From NCBI GenBank assembly GCA_964640635.1, contig CAZXFD010000004.1, positions 9,262 through 73,261 of the forward strand: 64,000 nt of DNA, written 5' to 3'. Positions 10,089 through 20,689 of the stretch are shown piece after piece (the stretch's first letter is position 1; each line of letters opens with the position of its first letter). This DNA comes from an uncultured Gammaproteobacteria bacterium (GTDB lineage: Bacteria > Patescibacteriota > Patescibacteriia > UBA1558 > S5-K13). The translations under genes were made by a program, and so were the position numbers. The notes below the pieces were generated by a model. It worked only from the letters and a program-made list of their open reading frames with translations, was not told where the DNA came from and did no database searches.

Positions 10089-10878
10089 AAATAGACCAAA
10101 ACCAGTATGCTTGTTGATTATAGACGGACTACATCCAGATTTGTTATCGGGCGACGAATTTTTGGGAATAAAAAAACTTATAAACCAATTTCCATTTTCT
10201 ATTTTAAAATCAGGAGATAAAAATATAGATACCCCATGGAATGCATATATGGAGCTTGGTGCAGGAAGCAATAACTTTGATTTTGCATACAAGATAAATT
10301 ATTCTCTTCCACATGTGTTGTCAAATATGGGACTTAATCAATTGTATATATCAGACACAGAAAATTATGCAAACATAAGTTATTATTTTAATGGAAAGAA
10401 TAGAGCAGAAAATGAATTAATAAACAAAATTGAAATCAATTCTTGCGAACAAGATAATTATCAGGAATATTATGAGATTGTTATAAAGAAAATAAATTCT
10501 TGTATTATAAAATCAACAGAAAACAAAGATCATGATTTTATTTTGGCATCTTATCCAGCAATAGATGAAAGTTTTAAAAATGATCCAGATTTTTTAAAAA
10601 CGATAGACTCTAATTTTAAGAAATTAGCAGATATTGTCTTGGCTTATAATGGGTGTATTATTTTGAGTGCTAGTTCAAGTTTTGTAAGGGGAAACAATAT
10701 AGTTCCATTTTTAGCTATTTCTAAAAATTTAGAAAATAAAAGTTTTGTGGAGTATGATAATAGTAGGTCAATAGAAAAGCAAATTCCAAGTTCTTGGATT
10801 TATGATGTAACGCCTTCTATATTAAAAATAATGGGTTTAAATAAGCCCAATCAAATGATAGGAAATTCTTTTTTATAG
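10078..10878 (+). CDS. Degenerate GpmI paralogue (phosphatase domain only, probable pseudoenzyme)
   Basis: Colinear with GpmI termini (LLIIDG, LGAG, YYFNG, DVTPSIL..MIGNS); lacks catalytic Ser and most metal ligands. Confidence 0.75.
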   Translation: MENKNRPKPVCLLIIDGLHPDLLSGDEFLGIKKLINQFPFSILKSGDKNIDTPWNAYMELGAGSNNFDFAYKINYSLPHVLSNMGLNQLYISDTENYANISYYFNGKNRAENELINKIEINSCEQDNYQEYYEIVIKKINSCIIKSTENKDHDFILASYPAIDESFKNDPDFLKTIDSNFKKLADIVLAYNGCIILSASSSFVRGNNIVPFLAISKNLENKSFVEYDNSRSIEKQIPSSWIYDVTPSILKIMGLNKPNQMIGNSFL

Positions 10879-10895
10879 ATGAACAATTTATTTGT

Positions 10896-11345
10896 TCAGA
10901 GTATATAGAAAGATATTAAGGCTATTATTATTCCGATAAGTGAACCTACAAATATTTGAGGCGGTGTATGTGCAACTCTTTCATTCAATTCCCGATATTT
11001 ATATTCAAGTTCGTCAGGAAGATCTACTATTAATTTGTTTATTATTTTACTTTGTTCTGTGATATGACCTCTTAGACCCATAGCATCAACCATGACAATT
11101 ACTGCAAAGAAGAAGCTGATTGCAAATTCTACAGAATCAAAACTTTTTATAAGACCAATAATTGTTGCAAGCGACGATACTAGTGCGCTATGAGCAGACG
11201 GCATACCACCATATGCAAATAAATTTTTGAAAGACAACGTGCCATTTAATCTAGATATAAAAAGTTTAGCAACAAATTGCGTAAAAATAGCGGATATAAT
11301 TGGAATTATGATAAATTTATAATTCATATTATAATTATAATGCAA
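10896..11345 (-). CDS. Divergent PAP2 family membrane protein (DUF212/YuiD-like)
   Basis: GGMPSAHSA, DAMGLR and HTP motifs. Confidence 0.85.
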   Translation of the reverse strand: MHYNYNMNYKFIIIPIISAIFTQFVAKLFISRLNGTLSFKNLFAYGGMPSAHSALVSSLATIIGLIKSFDSVEFAISFFFAVIVMVDAMGLRGHITEQSKIINKLIVDLPDELEYKYRELNERVAHTPPQIFVGSLIGIIIALISFYIL

Positions 11346-11362
11346 AAATTAATATAAAACAA

Positions 11363-12169
11363 ATGTTCACTCTACCTTTAAAAATAATAATATTTTCTTT
11401 TATTCAAGCATTGACAGAGTTTCTTCCCGTGTCATCTTCTGGGCACCTTATCATTTTGCATCAGCTAATAGATGACAATATTTTAAACAACATAACTTTT
11501 GATGTTGCTCTACATGGGGGAAGCTTATTGGCACTTATGGTGATTTTTTTTAGGGACATAAAAAGCATTATTAGTAATTCCGTAAGTTGTTTGCTAAGTA
11601 GGAAAAACCTTATTAAATCAAAAGACTTAGGGCTTATCATTTTTATAGCTATTATTCCAGCTGCTATTTCGGGATATTTTTTTGAAGATTATATAGGATA
11701 TGTTTTTAGAAACCCAGTTACAGTTGCTCTTGCTCTTATTTTTGGGTCAATTATTTTTGTATTTGCACAGGCGTATTCTAAAAACAGAAGAAATATAAAA
11801 GACATAGGAATTTTAGATGCTTTGTTTGTAGGTGTTATGCAGTGTTTGGCTTTGATTCCAGGAATTTCAAGAAGTGGCATAACAATATCATCTGCTATGA
11901 TGTTAAATATTTCAAAAATGGATGCAGCAAAGTTTTCTTTTCTACTGGCTATCCCTATTATATTTGGAGCTTTTATAAAAAAAATATTCGATATTTTACA
12001 ATCGAATTATGATTTTTCAGTATTGATTATAGGATTTATTTTTTCTTTTGTTTTTTCTATTATTGCAATTAGACTTTTGTTGAAATTGCTATCTACTAAG
12101 TATGGTTTATATCCATTTGTAATATATAGAATATTGCTTGCGATAACTATTTTAGTATTCTTTCTTTAA
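11363..12169 (+). CDS. uppP: Undecaprenyl-diphosphate phosphatase
   Basis: TEFLPVSSSGH and PGISRSG motifs. Confidence 0.95.
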   Translation: MFTLPLKIIIFSFIQALTEFLPVSSSGHLIILHQLIDDNILNNITFDVALHGGSLLALMVIFFRDIKSIISNSVSCLLSRKNLIKSKDLGLIIFIAIIPAAISGYFFEDYIGYVFRNPVTVALALIFGSIIFVFAQAYSKNRRNIKDIGILDALFVGVMQCLALIPGISRSGITISSAMMLNISKMDAAKFSFLLAIPIIFGAFIKKIFDILQSNYDFSVLIIGFIFSFVFSIIAIRLLLKLLSTKYGLYPFVIYRILLAITILVFFL

Positions 12170-12738
12170 ACCGTATTGAAGGATTTAATTTTTTTTGATA
12201 TATCGAGAATTTCTGAAATATGAGTGCCTATTGTAAGTTCTAGACTAAGAGGTAACTTATTAGATCTTCCGAATATTACAACAACCATAGTTTGGTTGTT
12301 TTTTTCGTTGAATCCAATACCAATTTCTGTAAAATTTTTATCTAGTATATTATCTCTATGGCTATTTGATTTCATCCAAGCTTTAAGTATGTCTTTTGAG
12401 TTGTGAAAATTCGTAGCTAAATTTTCACCTATTAGAGAATATTCATAGTTGCTTTCTTTTATCCAAGAGGAGAATTGTTTTCCATCGGGAGTGTTGTGGG
12501 CGAAATAATTATTTTCTAATAGATATATTGATTTATTTGTTGCGGCAGAGCTTAATCTTGTATTCAATATAAGTGGTTCAAGTCTTGAAGAGATTCTTTG
12601 CTCGTTGATGGAGAATAGAATTTCTTTTTCTGATATTCCACTTGCTACCACAGGAAGGGGGTTAGAGAATATAAAAAATTGTGAAGAGGCAATCACCAAG
12701 ATAAGAGATAATATATTTTTTGTTATAAACTTTTTCAT
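12166..12738 (-). CDS. Secreted CAP/SCP domain protein
   Basis: Signal peptide; YFAH, GENLA, WMKSNSHRDNIL motifs. Confidence 0.85.
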   Translation of the reverse strand: MKKFITKNILSLILVIASSQFFIFSNPLPVVASGISEKEILFSINEQRISSRLEPLILNTRLSSAATNKSIYLLENNYFAHNTPDGKQFSSWIKESNYEYSLIGENLATNFHNSKDILKAWMKSNSHRDNILDKNFTEIGIGFNEKNNQTMVVVIFGRSNKLPLSLELTIGTHISEILDISKKIKSFNTV

Positions 12739-12890
12739 ATGTAATATAAATAAAAAATACTTTAGTAAAAACCAAAGTACTTAAAATAAATAAAAGATTG
12801 AACTATTTTTATTTTTTACTTAACTCTTTTAGAATTAAATATTTTTGTATTTTGATTTTTATTTTTAATAGCTTATTAAGCTATAAATTA

Positions 12891-12919
12891 AGTATATCAC
12901 ATATATAGCATAATGTCAA
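12891..12919 (-). promoter_or_regulatory. Putative sigma70 promoter for the CAP gene
   Basis: Minus strand TTGACA-17 nt-TATACT. Confidence 0.55.
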
Positions 12920-12920
12920 A

Positions 12921-13022
12921 CCCCCACCATTGAATTGGCTTATGATAAGTATTTATTATGCAAAATTATTAATTATGAATGATTGTTTGTTTATATATTA
13001 TACATAAATTCAATGGTGGGGG
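12921..13022. repeat. 102-bp element with perfect 16-bp terminal inverted repeats (MITE-like)
   Basis: cccccaccattgaatt (12921-12936) / aattcaatggtggggg (13007-13022) around an AT-rich core. Confidence 0.75.
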
Positions 13023-13090
13023 TAGGGTTTTTGGCTTAGATTAGTTATGATATAATTAAAATATCAACTGAATAATTAAAATATACTTAT

Positions 13091-14173
13091 ATGTACTTAG
13101 TAATTTTAGCAGGGGGGCATGGAACAAGGCTTTGGCCAGTATCTAGAAAAAATAGCCCCAAGCAATCAGAGTGCTTTTTTGATAAAAAAACACTTCTTCA
13201 ACTTACTTACGATAGAGCATTGAAAGGATTTAAAAAAGAAAATATTTTTATATCATGTGGTAGGAGTCAGTTTCCATTGTTATCGAAGCAACTTAAAAAT
13301 GTTAGTAAAGAAAATTTTATAATAGAGCCTGAAGCAAAAGGCACTGCAATGGCAATTGGTTTTGCGTGTATCAAATTATTAAAAAAAGATGAGAATGCTA
13401 CAATCGCAATAGCAAATTCAGATCATTTTATAAAACAAGAAAATGAATATTTGAGAATCTTGAGTTTAGCAAGTAAAGTCGTAGAAAAGAATCCAAAAAA
13501 ATTAATGCTTGTTGGAATAAAGCCACAGTATCCAGAAACAGGATATGGATATATTGAGTTAGGAAAATTATTCAGCAAAATAAAAAATGATTCTATTTAT
13601 AATATTATAAGATTTAAGGAGAAACCAGATTTAAAAACTGCAAAAAAATACCTAAGTAGCGGAAAGTTTTATTGGAATCCAGCATGGTTTGTTTTCAAAG
13701 CAAAGACAATGATTGATCTATTTGAAAAATATTTACCAAAACATTTTAATTCATTAGATGAGATTTATAAATCTTTAGATAAAAAAGATTTATCACTGAT
13801 TGAAAATAAATCGTTTTCAAAAGTAGAAAATATTTCAATAGATTATGGAATAATGGAAAAAACACACGACATGCTTCTTGTCCCAGCTAATATATCTTGG
13901 TATGACGTGGGTCATTGGAGAGCGGTTGGGGATTGTTTTATAGATAAAAATACTATTAATTTAGAAGAGGGCAAGACACTTGTTATAGAATCAAAAAATA
14001 ATTTAATTATAAATAAAAATAAAGATAAATTATTGACTGTTTTAGGGGTTGATAATTTGGTAGTGATTGATACAAAGGATGCTCTTTTTATATGTCCAAA
14101 AGACAAATCTCAAGAAGTAAAGAAAGTTATAGATCATTTAAAAAAAGATAAAAAATTATCAAAGTATTTATGA
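13091..14173 (+). CDS. manC: Mannose-1-phosphate guanylyltransferase
   Basis: LAGGHGTRLWPVSR..PKQ, ETGYGYI, FKEKP, SIDYGIMEK motifs. Confidence 0.9.
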   Translation: MYLVILAGGHGTRLWPVSRKNSPKQSECFFDKKTLLQLTYDRALKGFKKENIFISCGRSQFPLLSKQLKNVSKENFIIEPEAKGTAMAIGFACIKLLKKDENATIAIANSDHFIKQENEYLRILSLASKVVEKNPKKLMLVGIKPQYPETGYGYIELGKLFSKIKNDSIYNIIRFKEKPDLKTAKKYLSSGKFYWNPAWFVFKAKTMIDLFEKYLPKHFNSLDEIYKSLDKKDLSLIENKSFSKVENISIDYGIMEKTHDMLLVPANISWYDVGHWRAVGDCFIDKNTINLEEGKTLVIESKNNLIINKNKDKLLTVLGVDNLVVIDTKDALFICPKDKSQEVKKVIDHLKKDKKLSKYL

Positions 14174-15174
14174 TTTTTAAATATTTAAAATATGGATTAA
14201 TAGGATTGATATTTATTTTTATAGTATCAATATTGTTTTATTTTTATCAAATAAACATTCCAATATCAAAAGATTCTACGATGATTAACTTTGAAATCGC
14301 AAGTGGTGAATCTGCAAAACAAATAGCAACAAAATTGAAAAGGGCTAACATAATAAGAAATGTTTTTTGTATGAGAGTTTATTTTAAACTCAATAATTTA
14401 TCATCTAAGCTGATAGCGGACACTTTTAGCATTTCTTCTTCTATGAATATAAAAGAAATTAGCACTCTTTTGACAACGGGGATCAGAAGTGATATGAAAA
14501 TCACTTTAATAGAGGGGTGGAATTCGAAACAAATCGGGCAATATCTTGAAAAACAAAATATTTGTTCAAGTAGTGATTGGTTGTCTTTAATAGAAAAATA
14601 TGAAGGTGATTATATGTTTTTGAAAGACAAACCAAGAAATATGGATTTAGAAGGTTATCTTTTTCCAGACACATATGTAATTTATAAAAATGCAACTTGT
14701 GAGAATGTATTGAAAAAAATGTTGGATAATTTTGAGAATAAAATTGATGCAACAATGATGCAAAGTATCAAATCCCAGAATAAATCTTTGTTTGAAATTA
14801 TTACTATGGCATCAATCATAGAAAAAGAAGTAAGTAATGTTGAAGATATGAGGGTAGTGTCTGGGATTTTTTGGGATAGAATAAAAAATGGTCAAGCGCT
14901 TCAATCTTGTGCTACGCTAGCTTATATTTTAGGAGAAAATAAAGAACAATATTCTTATGCAGATACTCAAATTAACTCTTTTTATAATACTTATAGAAAC
15001 AAAGGTTTGACTCCAGGACCAATCGCTAATCCAGGATTAAATGCAATAAAGGCATCTATTTATCCAGAATATACAGATTACAATTATTTCTTAACAGATT
15101 TAGATACTGGAAAAACTATATTTAGTAAAACATTTGAGGAGCACATAAGCAATAAGGCTAAATACTTAGATTAA
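14170..15174 (+). CDS. mltG: Endolytic transglycosylase
   Basis: N-terminal TM; LEGYLFPDTY, ASIIEKE, YNTY..GLTPGPIANPG. Confidence 0.93.
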   Translation: MIFKYLKYGLIGLIFIFIVSILFYFYQINIPISKDSTMINFEIASGESAKQIATKLKRANIIRNVFCMRVYFKLNNLSSKLIADTFSISSSMNIKEISTLLTTGIRSDMKITLIEGWNSKQIGQYLEKQNICSSSDWLSLIEKYEGDYMFLKDKPRNMDLEGYLFPDTYVIYKNATCENVLKKMLDNFENKIDATMMQSIKSQNKSLFEIITMASIIEKEVSNVEDMRVVSGIFWDRIKNGQALQSCATLAYILGENKEQYSYADTQINSFYNTYRNKGLTPGPIANPGLNAIKASIYPEYTDYNYFLTDLDTGKTIFSKTFEEHISNKAKYLD

Positions 15175-15215
15175 CTTGATTTTGACCTATAAAGAGAGTA
15201 GTATGGATAAATATT

Positions 15216-16739
15216 ATGATAGACAAAATTTTAAAATTTTTCAAAGTAAAAGATCAGGACATGGTCAAAAAAGAAACCAGGTTTTATGAGATAATTCCTG
15301 GTCTTTTGATATGGGTGACACTTTTTGTTTGTATTTTTGTTTTATCTATCTTCAGACCTATTTGGGGTATATTTTTTATTATTATTTTAGATATATATTG
15401 GGTTATAAGAATATGGTATATGTTTGCATATTTACTTTCTTCTTGGATTAAATATATAAAGGCTAGTAAAGTAAATTGGGGTCAAAAACTCAACGAGATC
15501 AGTGGATGGGAAAATTATATTCAGCTTATTGCAATGCCTACATACAAAGAACCTTATGAAGTCATAAAACAAACATTTGATAAATTATTAGAAGTAAATT
15601 ATCCCAAAGATAAAATAATAATTACATTAGGAGGTGAAGAAAGAGATGAGAGTAATTTTTTGAAAATTGTAGAAAATATAAAGCGTGATTATGGTGGCAA
15701 GTTTCAAGATATTATTTTTACATTACACCCAAAAGATTTGAAAGGAGAAATCCCAGGAAAAGGATCTAATATGCATCACATGGGGAAAGAGATGACAAAA
15801 TATTTTGAAGAGAAAAATATTGATATATCTCGTGTGATTATTTCTATGTTTGATATAGAAACTTGGGCACATAGGGAATATTTTAATTGCTTGACTTATT
15901 ATTATCTTACAATAGAAAATCCAGAGCGTCATAGTTATCAACCCTTAGTATTGTTTAATAATAATGTTTGGCAATCAAATCCAATTGTCAGGGTCGTAGC
16001 TCACTCTACTACATTTTGGTTGCTTACAGATTTATCAAGGGCAGAAAGACTCTTTACTTTTTCATCTCACAGTATGAGTTTTAAAACATTGGTTGAGGTT
16101 GGATATCATCCAAAAGATATTGTAACAGAGGATACTCGTATATTTTTGCATTGCTTAAATCATTTTAACGGAGATTATGGGGTCTGTCCTATTTTTGTTC
16201 CAGTTTCAATGCAAACGGTGGATGTCGGTAACTTTTTTGAATCTTTAAAAAATCAGTATATTCAAATAAGACGTTGGGGTTGGGGCGTGGAGCATTTTCC
16301 TTGGATGATGATGAATCTTGTAAAGAATAAAAAGATATCTTGGAATAAAAAAATTAAGTATATATGGAATCAAAGTGAGGGGGTTTATACTTGGGCAACA
16401 CTTCCAATTCTGGTTACTATAATGGGGTATTTGCCTATAAAGATGGCTGATTTATCAATTCATTATAATGTACTTATTCATAACACTCCTTATTTACTTG
16501 AGAGAATAATGGGATTTGGTATGATAGGACTTTTTACAGCTTCTGCAATGAATTTGTTTTTCTTGCCAAAGAAACCAAAAAATATAAAGTCTATTAATTA
16601 TTTAATAGTTGTTGTGCAATGGGCACTATTTCCAATTACTATGATTTTGTTTGGTTCTATTCCATCACTAGAGGCTCAGACAAGATTAATGCTTGGTGGA
16701 AAATATAGATTAGGATTTCAGGTAACAAAAAAGACATAA
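15216..16739 (+). CDS. Membrane GT2-family glycosyltransferase
   Basis: PTYKE, PGKGSN, TEDTR, QIRRWGWG (QxxRW); several TMs. Confidence 0.85.
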   Translation: MIDKILKFFKVKDQDMVKKETRFYEIIPGLLIWVTLFVCIFVLSIFRPIWGIFFIIILDIYWVIRIWYMFAYLLSSWIKYIKASKVNWGQKLNEISGWENYIQLIAMPTYKEPYEVIKQTFDKLLEVNYPKDKIIITLGGEERDESNFLKIVENIKRDYGGKFQDIIFTLHPKDLKGEIPGKGSNMHHMGKEMTKYFEEKNIDISRVIISMFDIETWAHREYFNCLTYYYLTIENPERHSYQPLVLFNNNVWQSNPIVRVVAHSTTFWLLTDLSRAERLFTFSSHSMSFKTLVEVGYHPKDIVTEDTRIFLHCLNHFNGDYGVCPIFVPVSMQTVDVGNFFESLKNQYIQIRRWGWGVEHFPWMMMNLVKNKKISWNKKIKYIWNQSEGVYTWATLPILVTIMGYLPIKMADLSIHYNVLIHNTPYLLERIMGFGMIGLFTASAMNLFFLPKKPKNIKSINYLIVVVQWALFPITMILFGSIPSLEAQTRLMLGGKYRLGFQVTKKT

Positions 16740-16777
16740 CGTGATGTCGATATATTATTGATATGAATAAAGATGTT

Positions 16778-17713
16778 TTATTTTAATATACTCCCAACAA
16801 AATCTTTATATCCATTTATAAAAGAATTTATATCAGTTTCTTTTTTTCCTTCAAGCTGAACTATTTGAGGGTAAAGTATTCCATTGCCACATTGAATGGC
16901 AATTTTTTTATCTATTAAAAATATTTCGCCAATTTTTTTATTGAGAGAAATATTTTCTGTATTAGCTGATTTTATTTTAAGTATTTGATTGTTGAATTTT
17001 GTAAAACTATTTGGCCATAGGTAATAAGCTTTTATTTGAGAGTTTATTTTCTCTACAGAATCATTCCAATTTATTAGCCCATCATTTTTTTCTATCATTT
17101 TGCTAAAAGTTGCAAGATTTTCATTTTGTTTTATCGGCGAAATTATATTATCAATATATTTTTGGATATTATTAAGTAATAATTTTTCACCTAATAAAAA
17201 TAATTTATTTGAAAGTGTTTCATAATTGTCGTGTGTGTCAATCATTATTTTTCCTTGAACAATTATATCTCCATTATCCATTCCTTTTTTAAGCAACATA
17301 ACAGTTACGCCGGTGTATTTTTCATTATTTAATAATGTGTATTGAATTGGAGAGGATCCGCGATAAAGTGGTAGTAGAGATGGATGAATATTGACTATGC
17401 CATGTGGAAAAATTTTAATAATACTCTCTGGAATCATTGCACCAAATGCTAATAAAATCCCAATATCAGGATTGAGGTTTTGGATAATTTTTAAATCTTC
17501 TTTTGATAATTTGTCTTTTTCTAATATTTTTATATTATATTTTTGAGCAACTATTTTTACGGGAGTAGAAATTGCCCTGTTGTGATCTCTCCCGGATTTT
17601 TTATCGGATTTTGTAATGACTAAAATAATATCAAAACTATTATCAATTAATGTTTGAAGTAGGTGTGCAGAATTTTTATCAGAACCAAAAAATATTATTT
17701 TGTTATTTTTCAT
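16778..17713 (-). CDS. fmt: Methionyl-tRNA formyltransferase
   Basis: NIHPSLLPLYRGSSPIQ motif. Confidence 0.95.
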   Translation of the reverse strand: MKNNKIIFFGSDKNSAHLLQTLIDNSFDIILVITKSDKKSGRDHNRAISTPVKIVAQKYNIKILEKDKLSKEDLKIIQNLNPDIGILLAFGAMIPESIIKIFPHGIVNIHPSLLPLYRGSSPIQYTLLNNEKYTGVTVMLLKKGMDNGDIIVQGKIMIDTHDNYETLSNKLFLLGEKLLLNNIQKYIDNIISPIKQNENLATFSKMIEKNDGLINWNDSVEKINSQIKAYYLWPNSFTKFNNQILKIKSANTENISLNKKIGEIFLIDKKIAIQCGNGILYPQIVQLEGKKETDINSFINGYKDFVGSILK

Positions 17714-18200
17714 TTTCTTTTGCTATCTTTTTTAGTTCTTCTAGTTTTTCACGACCGCCAGTGAATTTTTTTATTTTATCTATAAATAAGACGCCATTTA
17801 GATGATCTGTTTCGTGTTGTAAAACCACAGAAAGTAATCCAAGTGCCTGTATTTGTTTTGTTTTGCCATCTACATCTTCATACTCAAGAGTTATTTTTTT
17901 GTGACGTCTGACATTTCCATATACTTTAGGGAAAGAAAGACAGCCTTCTTCGGAGCTTGGTTTTAGAAGTGATTTTTTTATTATTCGAGGATTAAAAAAT
18001 GCGATAGGTCCATGTTTTGTATTGGCTAGAAAAACTCTTATTTCTGAATTTACTTGATTTGCCGCGAGTCCAACACCATCTTCCTTTAGCATAAGATCTG
18101 ACATGTTTTTAATAAATTTTTTGAGTTTAGGTTGATTGAAATCAGTAAATTTTGCTAATTTTTTTCGAAGTATTATATTTGGGTAAGTAATTATATGCAT
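17703..18200 (-). CDS. def: Peptide deformylase
   Basis: GVGLAANQV, EGCLS, QHETDHLNG motifs. Confidence 0.96.
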   Translation of the reverse strand: MHIITYPNIILRKKLAKFTDFNQPKLKKFIKNMSDLMLKEDGVGLAANQVNSEIRVFLANTKHGPIAFFNPRIIKKSLLKPSSEEGCLSFPKVYGNVRRHKKITLEYEDVDGKTKQIQALGLLSVVLQHETDHLNGVLFIDKIKKFTGGREKLEELKKIAKENEK

Positions 18201-18217
18201 AATGGTATTTAGTTTTT

Positions 18218-18247
18218 TCCGCCAGAGGCGGATCAGCCTTTGGCTGA
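18218..18247. repeat. Tandem GC-rich 6-3-6 palindromes (REP-like)
   Basis: tccgcc-aga-ggcgga immediately followed by tcagcc-ttt-ggctga. Confidence 0.7.
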
Positions 18248-18259
18248 AGTATTTAGTAT

Positions 18260-20134
18260 TTAGAGTTTGAAGTAGTTTTTTTCTATTATATCAATGTTTT
18301 CTAATATATTTTTTATATTATTTATATCAGAATCATTTTTATATTTTATTGTAATATATCTGAAAAAGAAGGATCTAATTTTATTTACAGAGGGTTTTAT
18401 TATTTGGATATCAATACTTCTAAGTGTATTTTGTCTTAATTTATCATACAATTTAGAGACGTTTTTATCAAGCTCAGTCTCGTTTGTATTTTTTATTGTA
18501 AGTTTGAGTATATTAGAAAACGGAGGATAATGAAATAACTTTCTATTTAATAGTTCTTCTTCTATCATTTTGAAATAATCAAAATTATAAATATGGTAAT
18601 AAATTTTTGATTCCCCAGGAATTTGGAAGATAATTTTTTTTGGAGAAAGCGATAATAATTTTGATGACAATTTAAATAAGTCTTCGTTTGAATCAAAACT
18701 ATTATTTAGAAATTGATAAGAAAATGGTAAGACTATGAGATCAAATTCTTTTTCTTGTATATAGTCAATAATAAGTCTCGTTGCTATTATTATGTTGTTG
18801 TTTTTCGTTTGATTTATGTTTTCTAGATTATCCTTATCTATAATAATTATTTTTTGTTTGTTGTATAGTTTTTTTATGATTTCTCTAAATTGTTCAGTTC
18901 CTATGCCACGGTTGTCTAGACTTGTAGATGAACATTTTGGACATTGTAATAAAATCTCATATTTTTTTTGACAGTTATAACAATATAGGCTTTCATGGTT
19001 GTCATGTTTTCTGAGTGTAAGAACACTTCTACAATCCTTGCATTTTAATACAAATCCACAGTCTTTGCATTTTATATTCCTACTGTATCCTTTTTTGTTT
19101 AGCAAAAATAAAATTTTTCCATTTTTTTCTAATGTATTTTTGATTTCTTCTTCGCAAGTATAATGTATTTGATTTTCAAAATATTTCACACTCATGTCAA
19201 GAAGTAAAATTTCAGATGTTATTTTTTCACTACTTTGAAATAATTTTATTTGTTTTGTTTTCGCAAGATTGTAAAGGTATGAATTGGGGCAATATGATGT
19301 AAATATTATTTGAACTTTGTTTATTTTTGATAGCTCTAGTGTATTTGGTAAAAACTCAAAGCGAGGATTAGTATCTATTTGATTTAGGTTTTCATTTTCA
19401 GATTCATCTATAATAACTGATTCTGTATGCTCTTGTGGGTAGAAAATTGATATTTTTGTCCCCACGATAAATTTTATGTTATTGTCTTTAATTGAATTCC
19501 AAATTTCATTGTGTTTGAATTTTGATAAATTAGTATTGCCCGTGATAATTCTATAATCTTTGTCGTTATAAAAATTAAGAAGCGAGGAGACTATTTTTTC
19601 AATATGGCTTTTGGTAGGACAGATTATAAATGTGATTTTTTTATTTTTAGAATTTTTATCAATAATATTTTTTATAAGAGATATTTTTTCGTTATATAAA
19701 TTATGTTTGAAAATAAATGAATCGGACATTAAAATAGAAGAGTTTATTTTTTTTAGTTTTATTGGAGTTTTCTTAATAAAGAATTTTTCCTCTTTTTCTT
19801 TTCTTTTATTTTTCATTGGAAGAGGGACAATGTTGTCTAAAAAATTAAGTGAAGAAAAATTATAATCACAAAACCAGTTGTAAAACTTTATTTGACTTTC
19901 TGAAATTATAGGGTTGATGTTTGCAATTTTTGTAATATCTTTAATCGTATTTGGCTTTAAATTGCTAGTATTTTTAATATCAAAAATAAGTCCCATTTTT
20001 GATGAGCTTCTAAAAGGAATCTCTATTAATTGACCTATTTTGATGTTTGCGGATAAAGAGTCGGGAATTCTGTAATCTAGCAAATTTAGGCCCTTTTTGA
20101 GCTTTATAAGGGGTTTTATGAGGGCATATGACAT
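18260..20134 (-). CDS. priA: Primosomal protein N' with degenerate helicase motifs
   Basis: LDY..P..GQLIEIPF N-terminus, four CxxC, GIGTEQ, YPPF; no Walker A. Confidence 0.85.
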   Translation of the reverse strand: MSYALIKPLIKLKKGLNLLDYRIPDSLSANIKIGQLIEIPFRSSSKMGLIFDIKNTSNLKPNTIKDITKIANINPIISESQIKFYNWFCDYNFSSLNFLDNIVPLPMKNKRKEKEEKFFIKKTPIKLKKINSSILMSDSFIFKHNLYNEKISLIKNIIDKNSKNKKITFIICPTKSHIEKIVSSLLNFYNDKDYRIITGNTNLSKFKHNEIWNSIKDNNIKFIVGTKISIFYPQEHTESVIIDESENENLNQIDTNPRFEFLPNTLELSKINKVQIIFTSYCPNSYLYNLAKTKQIKLFQSSEKITSEILLLDMSVKYFENQIHYTCEEEIKNTLEKNGKILFLLNKKGYSRNIKCKDCGFVLKCKDCRSVLTLRKHDNHESLYCYNCQKKYEILLQCPKCSSTSLDNRGIGTEQFREIIKKLYNKQKIIIIDKDNLENINQTKNNNIIIATRLIIDYIQEKEFDLIVLPFSYQFLNNSFDSNEDLFKLSSKLLSLSPKKIIFQIPGESKIYYHIYNFDYFKMIEEELLNRKLFHYPPFSNILKLTIKNTNETELDKNVSKLYDKLRQNTLRSIDIQIIKPSVNKIRSFFFRYITIKYKNDSDINNIKNILENIDIIEKNYFKL

Positions 20135-20195
20135 AAGTTAAGTATAAAGTATAAAGACAAAAGTGTGAAGGCGAAAGTCGCAAGACTTTTAATTA

Positions 20196-20225
20196 AAAAA
20201 AGAGAGCGGATTTTGCTCTCTTTTA
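20196..20225. terminator. Intrinsic terminator downstream of the 20231-20689 gene
   Basis: aaaaaagagagc-ggatttt-gctctcttttt. Confidence 0.7.
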
Positions 20226-20230
20226 TATTG

Positions 20231-20689
20231 TTATTTGTTTTCAAATATGAAACTCATTTCGCCGCTTATGACCGTTCTTTTATTTACAAACGTGAAAAGA
20301 ATAAAATCTTGCAGTCTTTTTATTTCTTTGAAATTTGTTAATTGAAACGTCATCTGAAATATCTCTTCGATTCTAGTCCTTTTGTGGAAGGTCGTAGCAA
20401 CACTTCTGTAATACAGATCATAATTAGTCGCAGCCCCTCTAAATGCAGACAATGAAATATCTATATTAATGAGTTTTTTCTCAATAATATGATCAGCAAG
20501 TAAATAACATGCTTGACTTAAACAGCGCAAATAATTTTCTGCCGTTACATATGGTACGGGTTTTGTCGTATAAGATTTACCCCCAACTTTACAGGTTACA
20601 TGAATTGATAATTTTTCATCATCAAAGGAATGACTCTGTATAAATATACCCTCAGGAGGATATATTTCTGTTAATATGTTCTGTATCAT
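20231..20689 (-). CDS. FcoT-like hot-dog fold (thioesterase-like) protein
   Basis: Pattern IY..EG, SY..YVTAE..CLSQACY, TFHKR, SGE resembles the recalled FcoT family; GGAGG SD and TTGACA-17-TAAGAT promoter. Confidence 0.55.
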   Translation of the reverse strand: MIQNILTEIYPPEGIFIQSHSFDDEKLSIHVTCKVGGKSYTTKPVPYVTAENYLRCLSQACYLLADHIIEKKLINIDISLSAFRGAATNYDLYYRSVATTFHKRTRIEEIFQMTFQLTNFKEIKRLQDFILFTFVNKRTVISGEMSFIFENK

